Part shown: piece by piece, positions 8,913 through 18,075 of the stretch
How the letters are laid out: the number at the start of each line of letters is the position of its first letter
Numbering within the stretch: the stretch's first letter is position 1
DNA from: an uncultured Odoribacter sp.
GTDB taxonomy: Bacteria; Bacteroidota; Bacteroidia; Bacteroidales; Marinifilaceae
Assembly (NCBI GenBank): GCA_964567845.1
Contig: CAZMOG010000001.1
Coordinates: forward strand, 34,540-98,539
DNA: 64,000 bases
Direction: 5' to 3'
Notes under the pieces: generated by a model
Told to the model about the DNA's origin: nothing
The model's input: the letters and a program-made list of their open reading frames with translations, nothing else
The model's database searches: none
Made by a program: the position numbers and the translations under genes

Positions 8913-11900
8913 ATGCTGAATAGAATAATAAAATTCGCTCTGAACAACAGATTGGTTGTTATTGCAATATCGGTACTGCTATTGGGAATCGGCACATATA
9001 CAGCCTTCAACATGGAGGTCGATGTATTTCCGGACCTGAACGCCCCAAGAGTTGCCGTTATGACGGAAGCCCGAGGAATGGCACCGGAAGAGGTTGAACG
9101 TTTGGTAACATTCCCCATAGAGACCGCAGTTAACGGAGCCACCAATGTTCGTCGCGTTCGCTCATCATCGACTACCGGATTCTCGATTGTTTGGGTTGAA
9201 TTTGACTGGGGCACCGATATTTATCGCGCCCGACAGATAGTATCTGAGAAACTTTCATTAGTAAGCGAAGAGTTGCCCGACTACATTGGTAAACCTGTAA
9301 TGGGTCCCCAATCATCTATTTTGGGCGAGGTTATGATTATCGGACTTACCTCGGATTCTACATCGCTTATGGATCTGCGAACCTATGCCGATTGGACCAT
9401 ACGTCCACAACTCCTGGCAACAGGTGGCGTGGCACAGGTTGCCGTACTGGGTGGAGATGTTAAGGAGTACCAAATCCTGCTTCGTCCCGAGCTTATGAAA
9501 CACCACAACGTTACTCTCGATGCCGTAATGGCAGCAGTTGATGGAATGAACACCAACTCTTCGGGAGGAACCCTATATGAATATGGCAACGAGTACTTAA
9601 TACGTGGAGAGGTCTTGACTACAAATATTGAGGAGATGGGCAAGAATCCAATCATTGCCGAGGGAGGTAACGTGGTACTATTAGAGCAGGTTGCCAACAT
9701 TACCGTGGGAGGCGAAAGGCCGCAAACCGGCTTGGCATCGAACCGTGGCAAGGCCGCTGTACTATTGACCGTAACCAAACAACCAAACACAGGTACAATT
9801 GCGCTTACCGACCAGATTTTAGAGCGTTTGGATAAAATTAAAGGAACACTTCCTGCCGACATTAAAATCGACACCGACATTTTCCGTCAATCATACTTTA
9901 TTCAAAACTCAATTGACAATATTCAAAAAGCTCTCATTGAAGGTGGAATATTTGTAGTCATTGTTCTGTTCATATTCCTAATGAATGGCAGAACCACAAT
10001 TATTTCGCTCATTACAATTCCTTTGTCATTACTCATAACTATCCTTGTTATGAAGGCAATGGGAATGACAATCAACACAATGAGCATTGGAGGAATGGCC
10101 ATTGCCATTGGCTCGCTTGTCGATGACGCAATTGTCGATGTTGAGAATGTATATAAACGCCTGCGCGAAAACCGCCTCAAAAGCGCCAATGAGTACAAAA
10201 GCGTTCTGACCGTTGTTTACGAAGCATCGAAAGAGGTGCGCTTGCCAATTCTAAACTCAACATTCATCATTGTTGCCAGCTTTGTTCCGCTATTCTTCCT
10301 ATCAGGAATGGAGGGAAGAATGTTGGAGCCTCTTGGCATAGCATTTATTGTTTCGCTATTTGCATCAACATGCGTAGCACTGACCCTGACACCTGTTCTA
10401 TGTAGTTACCTTCTTGGAAAAGATGGTAGCGCAAAAGATAACAAAGAGCCTATCATTGCTGCAGCAATAAAGAGGGTATATATGAGAGCCCTTGATTATG
10501 TACTTAACCACAAAAAGGCAGTTTTATCAATCACTGCAACCCTTTTTGTGGGAGCATTGGTACTCTTCTTTACATTCGGACGCAACTTCCTGCCTCCATT
10601 TAACGAGGGCTCATTTACCATAAATGTAAGCACATTGCCGGGAATCTCACTTGAAGAGTCGGACAAAATTGGACGACACGCCGAGGAGCTATTGCTCACA
10701 ATTCCGGAGATTAAAACCGTTGCAAGAAAGACTGGAAGAGCCGAACTTGACGAACACGCTTTAGGAGTGAATATGTCTGAAATCGAAGCACCATTCGAGC
10801 TTAAAGATAGAAGCAAGGAGGAGGTAATGGCCGAAATCCGCGAAAAGATAAAGCTCCTGCCGGGTGTAAATCTTGAAATCGGACAGCCAATATCGCACCG
10901 TATTGATGCAATGCTATCGGGAACTCAGTCAAGCATAGCCATAAAACTATTCGGAAGCGATTTGACAACCATGTTTACCCTTGGTAACGAAATAAAACAG
11001 GCAATCGCGGGAGTTGAGGGAATTGGCGACCTGAATGTGGAGCAACAAATTGAGCGCCCGCAACTTGTAATCAAGCCCAAACGTGAAATGCTTGCCAAAT
11101 ATGGAATTACCCTATCGCAATTTGCCGATTACGTAAAGATTCTTCTTGCAGGCCAGAGTGTATCACAAGTTTACGAAGGTAACCGCTCATTCAATCTTAC
11201 GGTAAAAGTCGATAACCCCGACAGGGCAACTATTGAAGATATAAGAAACATTATTGTCGATGGAGCAAACGGAATAAAAGTTCCTTTTGAGCAGATAGCC
11301 ACAATCTACACCTCCGATGGACCGAACACCATCAATCGCGAAAATGTTGAGCGAAAGATTGTCATTTCTGCAAATGCCGTCGGACGCGATGTAGGCAGCG
11401 TGGTAAAGGACATTCAAGAGATTGTTGAGGAACAAATAACACTTCCCGAAGATTACCGCATTGAATATGGTGGACAATTCGAGAGCGAAAGAGCAGCATC
11501 GAAAATATTGTTAATCTCATCGATATTCTCGATATTGGTTATCTTCATGCTACTCTTCAACCAATTCAGAAACTTCACACAAGCCGGTCTGGTATTGCTT
11601 AACTTACCATTGGCCTTGATAGGAGGAGTTTTTGCTATATGGTTTACCGACAAGGTTATTAGTATTCCGGCAATTATCGGTTTTATATCACTATTTGGTA
11701 TTGCAACTCGAAACGGAATGTTGCTCATTGAACGCTTCAACGAATTACAAAATGAAGGAGTATCGATCCTTAAAGCAGTAAAAATGGGTTGCGCCGACCG
11801 ATTGGCACCAATCCTTATGACTGCCTTGACATCGGCACTTGGATTGCTCCCTCTTGCCCTTGGAGGCGATTTGCCGGGAAATGAAATTCAGAGCCCAATG

Positions 11901-12023
11901 GCAAAAGTGCTGCTTGGCGGATTGCTGAGTTCAACTCTTCTAAATGGATTTGTTGTTCCTATAAGCTACATTATTGTCACAAAACGAACTAAGAAAATTG
12001 AAAGATATGAGATTGCGGAATAA
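8913..12023 (+). CDS. CusA/CzcA family heavy-metal efflux RND transporter
   Basis: 1036 aa with 12-TM RND topology and two large periplasmic loops. The N-terminus MLNRIIKFALNNRLVVI and GMAIAIGSLVDDAIVDVEN are typical of the HME-RND family. Confidence 0.93.
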   Translation: MLNRIIKFALNNRLVVIAISVLLLGIGTYTAFNMEVDVFPDLNAPRVAVMTEARGMAPEEVERLVTFPIETAVNGATNVRRVRSSSTTGFSIVWVEFDWGTDIYRARQIVSEKLSLVSEELPDYIGKPVMGPQSSILGEVMIIGLTSDSTSLMDLRTYADWTIRPQLLATGGVAQVAVLGGDVKEYQILLRPELMKHHNVTLDAVMAAVDGMNTNSSGGTLYEYGNEYLIRGEVLTTNIEEMGKNPIIAEGGNVVLLEQVANITVGGERPQTGLASNRGKAAVLLTVTKQPNTGTIALTDQILERLDKIKGTLPADIKIDTDIFRQSYFIQNSIDNIQKALIEGGIFVVIVLFIFLMNGRTTIISLITIPLSLLITILVMKAMGMTINTMSIGGMAIAIGSLVDDAIVDVENVYKRLRENRLKSANEYKSVLTVVYEASKEVRLPILNSTFIIVASFVPLFFLSGMEGRMLEPLGIAFIVSLFASTCVALTLTPVLCSYLLGKDGSAKDNKEPIIAAAIKRVYMRALDYVLNHKKAVLSITATLFVGALVLFFTFGRNFLPPFNEGSFTINVSTLPGISLEESDKIGRHAEELLLTIPEIKTVARKTGRAELDEHALGVNMSEIEAPFELKDRSKEEVMAEIREKIKLLPGVNLEIGQPISHRIDAMLSGTQSSIAIKLFGSDLTTMFTLGNEIKQAIAGVEGIGDLNVEQQIERPQLVIKPKREMLAKYGITLSQFADYVKILLAGQSVSQVYEGNRSFNLTVKVDNPDRATIEDIRNIIVDGANGIKVPFEQIATIYTSDGPNTINRENVERKIVISANAVGRDVGSVVKDIQEIVEEQITLPEDYRIEYGGQFESERAASKILLISSIFSILVIFMLLFNQFRNFTQAGLVLLNLPLALIGGVFAIWFTDKVISIPAIIGFISLFGIATRNGMLLIERFNELQNEGVSILKAVKMGCADRLAPILMTALTSALGLLPLALGGDLPGNEIQSPMAKVLLGGLLSSTLLNGFVVPISYIIVTKRTKKIERYEIAE

Positions 12024-13203
12024 AACAGGATTAATAACCATACTGAGCACCATTCTGCTCGGTATGGGAGAGATATATGCCCAAAGCCATGAATCTATCT
12101 TGAAAAGCATAGAACAGAATAATCTGCTTCTAAAGGCATACAGGGCAGAGACCAACGCAGAGATGCTTGAAAATAGAAGTGGCATTACCCTGCCCAACCC
12201 CGAAGTTGAGTTTCACCACCTTTGGCTCCCTGCCAATGGCAACAACACAAGGCAAGACATCAGCGCCAGCCAATCATTCGATATTGCCACCATATCGGGC
12301 ATTCGAAGACAACTGGCAGGCAAGAGCAACGAAATTCTGGAAGAGGAGTATCGCGAAGAGCGAATTGCCACACTGCTATCGGCAAAAACTCTTCTGATAA
12401 ACCTTACCAAAACAAATGCTCTTATAAAGATTATGGAGCAACGCGAAAACGAGGCTCGGCAACTTGCCGAAATGTACAAAAGTGGCGTTGAGAATGGTCA
12501 CAACACCATTATTGAGCAAAACAAAGCTCAAATCAATGCCATTACCATAAACACCGAACTCCAAAACTTGAAGCTGGAGCGTCAGCAACTGCTTACCCAA
12601 TTGCAATTCATGAACGGAGGAATTGCCATCCAATTCAACGAAACCATGTTCGGGGAGCAATTGCCACCTATCGATTTTGATGCGTGGTATAATCAAATCG
12701 AATCGCAACTTCCCCTTTATGCTTCTGCCATGAAGAGCATGGAATTAAGCAGCAAACAGGTTGCACTAAGCCGAATGGAGGGATTACCTGAAATATCGGC
12801 CGGATACATGAGCGAGGGGCTAAAGAAGAATGACAAGGCTCATGGAATTACCCTTGGAATCTCAATCCCCCTATGGGCAAACAAAAACAACATCAAGCAG
12901 GCTAAGGCAGCAGAACAGGCAAGCCGTCTGCATAAAGAGAGCGTTGAGCAACAGCTCTACTACTCTCTCTATTCTCAATATGAGAAGTGCAGAACTCTGA
13001 ACAAAACTGTTGTACAACTACGTGAAAGCGTTAATAGTGCCAACCACTCCTCACAATTGAGAAAGGCTTTAACTGCAGGTCAAATCTCGCTTACCGACTA
13101 CATTGTCGAGAAGGAGATGATCTACGATATGTTCACTCAACTATTCACCCTTGAGTGTGACTATCACACCGCCCTTGCCGAGCTTCGCGCCGTTGAACTA
13201 TAA
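12007..13203 (+). CDS. TolC family outer-membrane efflux protein (CzcC-like)
   Basis: The ATG at 12007 gives a signal-peptide-like N-terminus (MRLRNKTGLITILSTILLGMGEIYAQ) and overlaps the pump stop by 17 nt. The protein has two coiled-coil-rich halves typical of OMFs. Confidence 0.8.
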   Translation: MRLRNKTGLITILSTILLGMGEIYAQSHESILKSIEQNNLLLKAYRAETNAEMLENRSGITLPNPEVEFHHLWLPANGNNTRQDISASQSFDIATISGIRRQLAGKSNEILEEEYREERIATLLSAKTLLINLTKTNALIKIMEQRENEARQLAEMYKSGVENGHNTIIEQNKAQINAITINTELQNLKLERQQLLTQLQFMNGGIAIQFNETMFGEQLPPIDFDAWYNQIESQLPLYASAMKSMELSSKQVALSRMEGLPEISAGYMSEGLKKNDKAHGITLGISIPLWANKNNIKQAKAAEQASRLHKESVEQQLYYSLYSQYEKCRTLNKTVVQLRESVNSANHSSQLRKALTAGQISLTDYIVEKEMIYDMFTQLFTLECDYHTALAELRAVEL

Positions 13204-13218
13204 ACAGAACAAACAGAG

Positions 13219-13255
13219 GTAGCCGGGACAAAGGAAATAATTTTGTTCCGGTTAC
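13219..13255 (+). terminator. Hairpin after the efflux operon (candidate terminator)
   Basis: GTAGCCGGGACAAA (9-nt loop) TTTGTTCCGGTTAC forms a 14-bp stem including 2 G.U pairs, 16 nt after the stop. The trailing T-run is weak. Confidence 0.45.
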
Positions 13256-13300
13256 CACATTTCAATTATTTTCTCTCTTTTTCTTGTATTTCCGCAAATA

Positions 13301-14179
13301 TTGTATTATATTGCAAAGCGAACCTCTCAAATGCCTTGCGATATGAAAACAACTCCTTACGCATATTGCGCCAACAACCCAACCAACCTAATTGACCCTA
13401 ATGGGGAGAGGATCTTTGCAACCTCTATCGTCAGCAATAATTACAATTCTTTGTTTGCTACTTACGAATGGACATACGAGTATGGTGCATGGCAATTTAT
13501 TGACATATCAACATATGAACCTTACGGCAATAATGGATATACTAGTGTATTTATGAATGAACTTAAGTATGCTTTAGACAAAATAATGTCCCGTCCATTT
13601 GGATATTCATATATTAATGATATCGTAACATTAGAGGAAATCGTAGTAATTAATCATTCAAATTTAAATAATAGTAATTCCTATAAAGAGACTTCCGGAA
13701 TCTATATGCTTAATAATATTGCCTATTCTAATATAATAGGAGTTATTAATTGGTATAATCCTAATAGTATTAATGAACAAAATTTTAAGAATTTTGAAAT
13801 TAGTACAATAGAGGGATATCAAATAAATCCTACTACATCATTAATACATGAATTAGCACATTTCTATTATGACGCAATGGGAGGAGATATGAATGACATC
13901 TGGTTTACAATTGATGAAGTTGATAAATATACAAATACTGCACCCAAAAATATATACGTTTCTGAAATATATACTACTCATATAGAAAACATTGTAAGGA
14001 ATGAACAAGGGTTTCCGTTACGAGATCAATATTTGAACGATTGTCTTAATGTTTTCGGAGATATTGATAAGATTATAAATGTAAAAAACAAAACAAATAT
14101 ATTTTTTAGGGATGGGTATGGTCTTGATTTGATACCACAGAATATATTAAACACCAAAAAAGGATATAAATATGAATAG
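13301..14179 (+). CDS. Orphan Rhs/YD-type polymorphic-toxin C-terminal module with HExxH metallopeptidase-like motif
   Basis: The ORF opens at a TTG; candidate ATGs are at 13331 and 13343. Residues after the 13343 ATG read KTTPYAYCANNPTNLIDPNGE, the Rhs core-end signature. A variable domain follows with SLIHELAHFYYD (HExxH) and THIENIVRNEQG. There are no YD repeats upstream. The region is very AT-rich. Confidence 0.65.
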   Translation: MYYIAKRTSQMPCDMKTTPYAYCANNPTNLIDPNGERIFATSIVSNNYNSLFATYEWTYEYGAWQFIDISTYEPYGNNGYTSVFMNELKYALDKIMSRPFGYSYINDIVTLEEIVVINHSNLNNSNSYKETSGIYMLNNIAYSNIIGVINWYNPNSINEQNFKNFEISTIEGYQINPTTSLIHELAHFYYDAMGGDMNDIWFTIDEVDKYTNTAPKNIYVSEIYTTHIENIVRNEQGFPLRDQYLNDCLNVFGDIDKIINVKNKTNIFFRDGYGLDLIPQNILNTKKGYKYE

Positions 14180-15419
14180 AATATATTTAGTAATGATTAT
14201 GCTTTTGGTTAACATTGATTTTGTGTTAGCTCAGAAACATGCAACTCTATTTAGCTTATGCATTGATTGTAATAATTACAAATATTACGCTCTTAATTAT
14301 AATTTTAGAAAGGGATTTGATGTGAATTTTACAGATACACAACGTAAGGATCCCATTCATATCGAAAACGAACAAGCTATATGTAATTTTATTGATTCAT
14401 TAAAAATAGTCGATTTTTCAAATGATACCATATATATCTTTGAACAGGATAATCAATATTACATAGAGACAAAAAATATAAGTGTAGCAAGAGGAATAAC
14501 AATAGTTGATAATCCATATTCATACAAAGACACTCTTATTATAACTAATAAACATTATAATAATTTGCGCGTGTCGTGGATTCCTAAATATGTGTATGAT
14601 GCATGTACACAAGGAGACACTGAATTATTAGGACAAATCTCAACATTAAATGATATATCCACATCAAGAAAAGAAATGCGGTTTAGCCGAATTATAGTGA
14701 ATAATTATGCTGTAAAACAAATTGAAGGTTATCTTTTTCCCTTTGAGGCTATGATTCAAAGTAGCTGGGATCAATTACAGGAGATCAAAACAACTGCAAT
14801 TCAAGAGAATAGATTTTTTAAAAAATCACAATTTCCATGTGAAGTTAAAAATAGAGATATACGTTTATGTGTAGATGATTATCAATTTAAAAACCTAATA
14901 CGAAGGAATAAAGAGATATATTGTTGGTATTCTCTATATGTTTTTCCATTAATTAAATCATTGAACATAATTGATGAGTCAGAAGATACAGTAAACTTTA
15001 AAATGGTATATTCACCTTATGGAATATTTAAAAATCTTTGCATCGTAAAAACCAATTCCACAAATTTATATCTATTTGAAACAAGAGATAAAATTATATG
15101 GGATACCATAAATCCATCTTACATGGAATTTTATAACTACAATAGAATCATGGAAAGAAGTAAATTATATGGAATCTATATTCCTCCTTATCTAATCGGA
15201 GAGTCTGATATTATAACCAGTAAATTTGTTTTAAGGGATTGGCCAGAATATAACCACTTTGACAATAAATTCTATCTAAAAAATATATCAACAAACACCA
15301 GAAGGATGAAGAGATATGAGGAACTTAATATTTATTATCGAGCAGAGATTTTAGATTCAAAAATTATAAAATATGCCTTTAATTACTCTATTTCACTGCC
15401 TAAATACAAACATAAGTAA
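14172..15419 (+). CDS. Secreted protein of unknown function, candidate cognate immunity/partner of the toxin module
   Basis: Overlaps the toxin ORF by 8 nt (ATG at 14172, toxin stop at 14177..14179). It has a signal-peptide-like N-terminus (MNRIYLVMIMLLVNIDFVLAQ) and weak internal duplication. Composition is AT-rich like the toxin ORF. Confidence 0.5.
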   Translation: MNRIYLVMIMLLVNIDFVLAQKHATLFSLCIDCNNYKYYALNYNFRKGFDVNFTDTQRKDPIHIENEQAICNFIDSLKIVDFSNDTIYIFEQDNQYYIETKNISVARGITIVDNPYSYKDTLIITNKHYNNLRVSWIPKYVYDACTQGDTELLGQISTLNDISTSRKEMRFSRIIVNNYAVKQIEGYLFPFEAMIQSSWDQLQEIKTTAIQENRFFKKSQFPCEVKNRDIRLCVDDYQFKNLIRRNKEIYCWYSLYVFPLIKSLNIIDESEDTVNFKMVYSPYGIFKNLCIVKTNSTNLYLFETRDKIIWDTINPSYMEFYNYNRIMERSKLYGIYIPPYLIGESDIITSKFVLRDWPEYNHFDNKFYLKNISTNTRRMKRYEELNIYYRAEILDSKIIKYAFNYSISLPKYKHK

Positions 15420-15430
15420 TAAAATTCAAC

Positions 15431-15477
15431 AGGCTGGCTATACAGATGGATATAGAGAACCTCCGTATAGCCTACCT
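15431..15477. terminator. Hairpin between convergent genes (possible bidirectional terminator)
   Basis: AGGCTGGCTATAC ... GTATAGCCTACCT forms a 13-bp stem with a 2-nt internal mismatch and a 21-nt loop, between the stops at 15419 (+) and 15478 (-). Confidence 0.35.
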
Positions 15478-17889
15478 TTACTTATTCATGCTTGGCTCTT
15501 CGAGTTTTAGTTTGCTCATATCCATATCATTCTCATCTTCGAGAATCTGCCACAATGGCTCTGTTCTGAAAATCTTACGAGCCATACTCTTCTGAATTGT
15601 TAGAAGAAGTGCAGGCAAAAGAATTAGATTTGCAATCATTGCAGCAAAAAGCGCAGAACAGGTCAATGCCCCCAATGCAAATGTTCCACCAAAATCAGAA
15701 AGGCAGAAAATTCCAAAGCCACACAATAGAATTATTGAATTATAAATAATACTCTGACCTGTCTCTTTTAATGATCTTATTACTGATGTTGACATATTCC
15801 AACCATAACTCTGCAACTCCTGTCTGTATTTTGCCAGGAAATGGATGGTTGAATCGACTGTGATTCCAAATACAACACTGAACACCAAGACTGTTGAGGC
15901 CTTGATAGGAATTCCCGCAAATCCCATAATTGCAGCTATCACAATCAATGGTATAAAGTTTGGAACCAATGCAATAAAAACCATTCTCTTGTTTCTGAAC
16001 ATTATTGCAATAAACGCTGAAATCAAAACAATAGCGAGCAATACCGAACTGAATAGATTCTCAATCAAATACTCATTTCCACGGAAGTGTATAATACTTG
16101 AACCTGTTACCTTAACATCGTATTTCTCCGGAGGGAATATTTTAGCCGCAGTCTCATAGACAAAAGCCTCCTTCTCGGCCATTCGTTTTGTTCCAATATC
16201 CTTTACACGGAAACTTAAACGTGCAGTTTGCTGAGTACTGTCGATAAACGATGATGCGTATGAATTAAAGCCTCCGCCACCCTGACCAACACTGTTGCCC
16301 ATATATCTCATAATGAAATTTTTGGTTGTGTTGGTGGGTAACTTATAGTATGATCTTTTTCCATTATAGAATGCCTGATTTGCAAACTTTGCAGCCGCAA
16401 TCAAAGAGATTGGCTTTGATATATCGGAATCTGCAGCCAATCGCTCAGAAAGAGTATCCAATTTCTTTAAATTGGTTATGTTCAACACCTGCTTCGGTTT
16501 GCGAGTATCAACAGTTACCTCTAAAGGCATAAGACCATCGAAATTCTTCTCAAAAAATGCCAAATCCTGCTTAATTGGATCATCATCCTGAAGATCATCA
16601 ACCATATAACCGGTTGTCCTCATCAATGTCACTCCTATCCCACAGATAAAGACCAACAACACGGTTGCTAAATATACTGTATGTCGGTGACGCAATATTG
16701 CACTTGTCAAGCGTTTCAGACTCTTCGCAACAAGCGGATTATCAAGATGTTTTACATGCTTGGTATCGGGAGTAGGCAAGTAGCTGAATATTGTTGGAAT
16801 CAAAATTATTGAAACTACAAAAATCATTGAAATACTTAACAGAGCAACCTGGCCAAATTCAACAAGCACTCGGCTTGATGTAATCATAAACGTTGCGAAT
16901 CCTGCTGCTGTTGTAAGATTTGAGAATAGTGTTGCACTTCCCACTTTGCTTACTATTGCCTTCAAAGCTCGCTCTTTATCGCCATGCTTGATATAAACAG
17001 CATGGTATTTATTTATCATATAGACACAGTTCGGAATACTGATAACTATTATCAAAGGCGGAAGCATTGCTGTAAGCAATGTGATTTTCACTCCTAAGAT
17101 TCCCATAAATCCAAGTGTCCACAATACGCTCAGCATTACAACACATGAGCAGAAAAATACAACCCGGTATGATCGGAAGAATAGATATAGAACTATGTTG
17201 GTAATGAGCAATGAAAGAACAATAAACAGATACATCTCTGCCTTAATCATCTCAGCATTAACAACCCTTATATAAGGCATACCGGAATAACGCACCTTAA
17301 CATCATGCTCCTCAGAAAACTTTTCAGCCAAATCCCTCACTTGGTCAACCAATTCCACACGCTTAGGCGAGGCCATAACCTCGGCACTCACGGTAATCAT
17401 CATGGCATAGGTTCCTTGCTCCTTGTTGAACAACATTCCATCGTAAATAGGAAGATTCTCAACAATGTTCACAAGGGAATCCAGCTCAGCCTTGCTTGAT
17501 ACTTTCTCCGGGAATATAGGATCGACAGTAAATTTATTCGCCTCGGAATCTTTGTTCAAATTAAAGGTATGTGTTATTGAAACCAGCGCCGACACTCCAT
17601 CAATGTCAAGGATCCCTCGTTCCAAGGCCAACCAATCATTAACCTTATCCAACTCGAAGAAATTACTATCCTGAATAGCAAGAACTATTGCGTTTCCCTC
17701 TTGTCCGAACTTCTCTTTGAAATCCTGAAACATAATGTATGCCGAATCGTCACGAGGCAGAAGATCCGCACTTTCATACGACATTTCAACCTTAAAAATC
17801 TGAGTCGAAACGGCCAAGGTACATAGTAGTGTGCCAATAATAAATTTTAATCTGTTTTGTAACAGTATGTCAGCAAGTTTAGCCCACAT
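15478..17889 (-). CDS. MMPL/RND-superfamily exporter
   Basis: 803 aa. Two blocks of about 5-6 TM helices are each preceded by a large soluble loop (the SSD-like block includes LFSNLTTAAGFATF). This architecture is typical of MMPL/HpnN-like transporters. Confidence 0.7.
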   Translation of the reverse strand: MWAKLADILLQNRLKFIIGTLLCTLAVSTQIFKVEMSYESADLLPRDDSAYIMFQDFKEKFGQEGNAIVLAIQDSNFFELDKVNDWLALERGILDIDGVSALVSITHTFNLNKDSEANKFTVDPIFPEKVSSKAELDSLVNIVENLPIYDGMLFNKEQGTYAMMITVSAEVMASPKRVELVDQVRDLAEKFSEEHDVKVRYSGMPYIRVVNAEMIKAEMYLFIVLSLLITNIVLYLFFRSYRVVFFCSCVVMLSVLWTLGFMGILGVKITLLTAMLPPLIIVISIPNCVYMINKYHAVYIKHGDKERALKAIVSKVGSATLFSNLTTAAGFATFMITSSRVLVEFGQVALLSISMIFVVSIILIPTIFSYLPTPDTKHVKHLDNPLVAKSLKRLTSAILRHRHTVYLATVLLVFICGIGVTLMRTTGYMVDDLQDDDPIKQDLAFFEKNFDGLMPLEVTVDTRKPKQVLNITNLKKLDTLSERLAADSDISKPISLIAAAKFANQAFYNGKRSYYKLPTNTTKNFIMRYMGNSVGQGGGGFNSYASSFIDSTQQTARLSFRVKDIGTKRMAEKEAFVYETAAKIFPPEKYDVKVTGSSIIHFRGNEYLIENLFSSVLLAIVLISAFIAIMFRNKRMVFIALVPNFIPLIVIAAIMGFAGIPIKASTVLVFSVVFGITVDSTIHFLAKYRQELQSYGWNMSTSVIRSLKETGQSIIYNSIILLCGFGIFCLSDFGGTFALGALTCSALFAAMIANLILLPALLLTIQKSMARKIFRTEPLWQILEDENDMDMSKLKLEEPSMNK

Positions 17890-17946
17890 CTTATTTGAAT
17901 CTTATTTTGTTTTACCAACCGATTGATTTTCTTTTATAAGCGAGGG

Positions 17947-17954
17947 CAAAATTA
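17947..17954 (-). promoter_or_regulatory. -7 promoter box TAATTTTG for the MMPL exporter gene
   Basis: Reverse complement of caaaatta. It lies 58 nt upstream of the ATG at 17889, back-to-back with the tRNA promoter. Confidence 0.45.
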
Positions 17955-17966
17955 AGAAAATTTCAG

Positions 17967-17974
17967 TACTTTTG
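17967..17974 (+). promoter_or_regulatory. -7 promoter box TACTTTTG for tRNA-Arg
   Basis: Matches TAnnTTTG, 11 nt upstream of the first tRNA nucleotide. Confidence 0.5.
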
Positions 17975-17984
17975 CCAGTAAATT

Positions 17985-18056
17985 GGTTGCGTAGTTCAAT
18001 GGATAGAATAGAGGTTTCCTAAACCTTAGATTCGGGTTCGATTCCCGGCGCGACTA
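17985..18056 (+). tRNA. tRNA-Arg (anticodon CCT)
   Basis: Hand-folded cloverleaf. Acceptor GGTTGCG/CGCGACT, D arm GTTC-AATGGATA-GAAT, anticodon arm GAGGT-TTCCTAA-ACCTT (CCT), variable AGAT, T arm TCGGG-TTCGATT-CCCGG, discriminator A. CCA is not encoded. Four G.U pairs are present, including G1.U72. Confidence 0.85.
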
Positions 18057-18075
18057 CTAATAACATTTTCTTATT

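Noticed and set aside
9383-9880. 165-aa minus-strand ORF inside the CzcA-type pump gene (9923..10198 and 10496..10816 are similar cases)
   Set aside because: They are antisense to a confidently identified RND pump. The composition (Ser/Pro/Thr/Ala-rich) is typical of a mirror frame.
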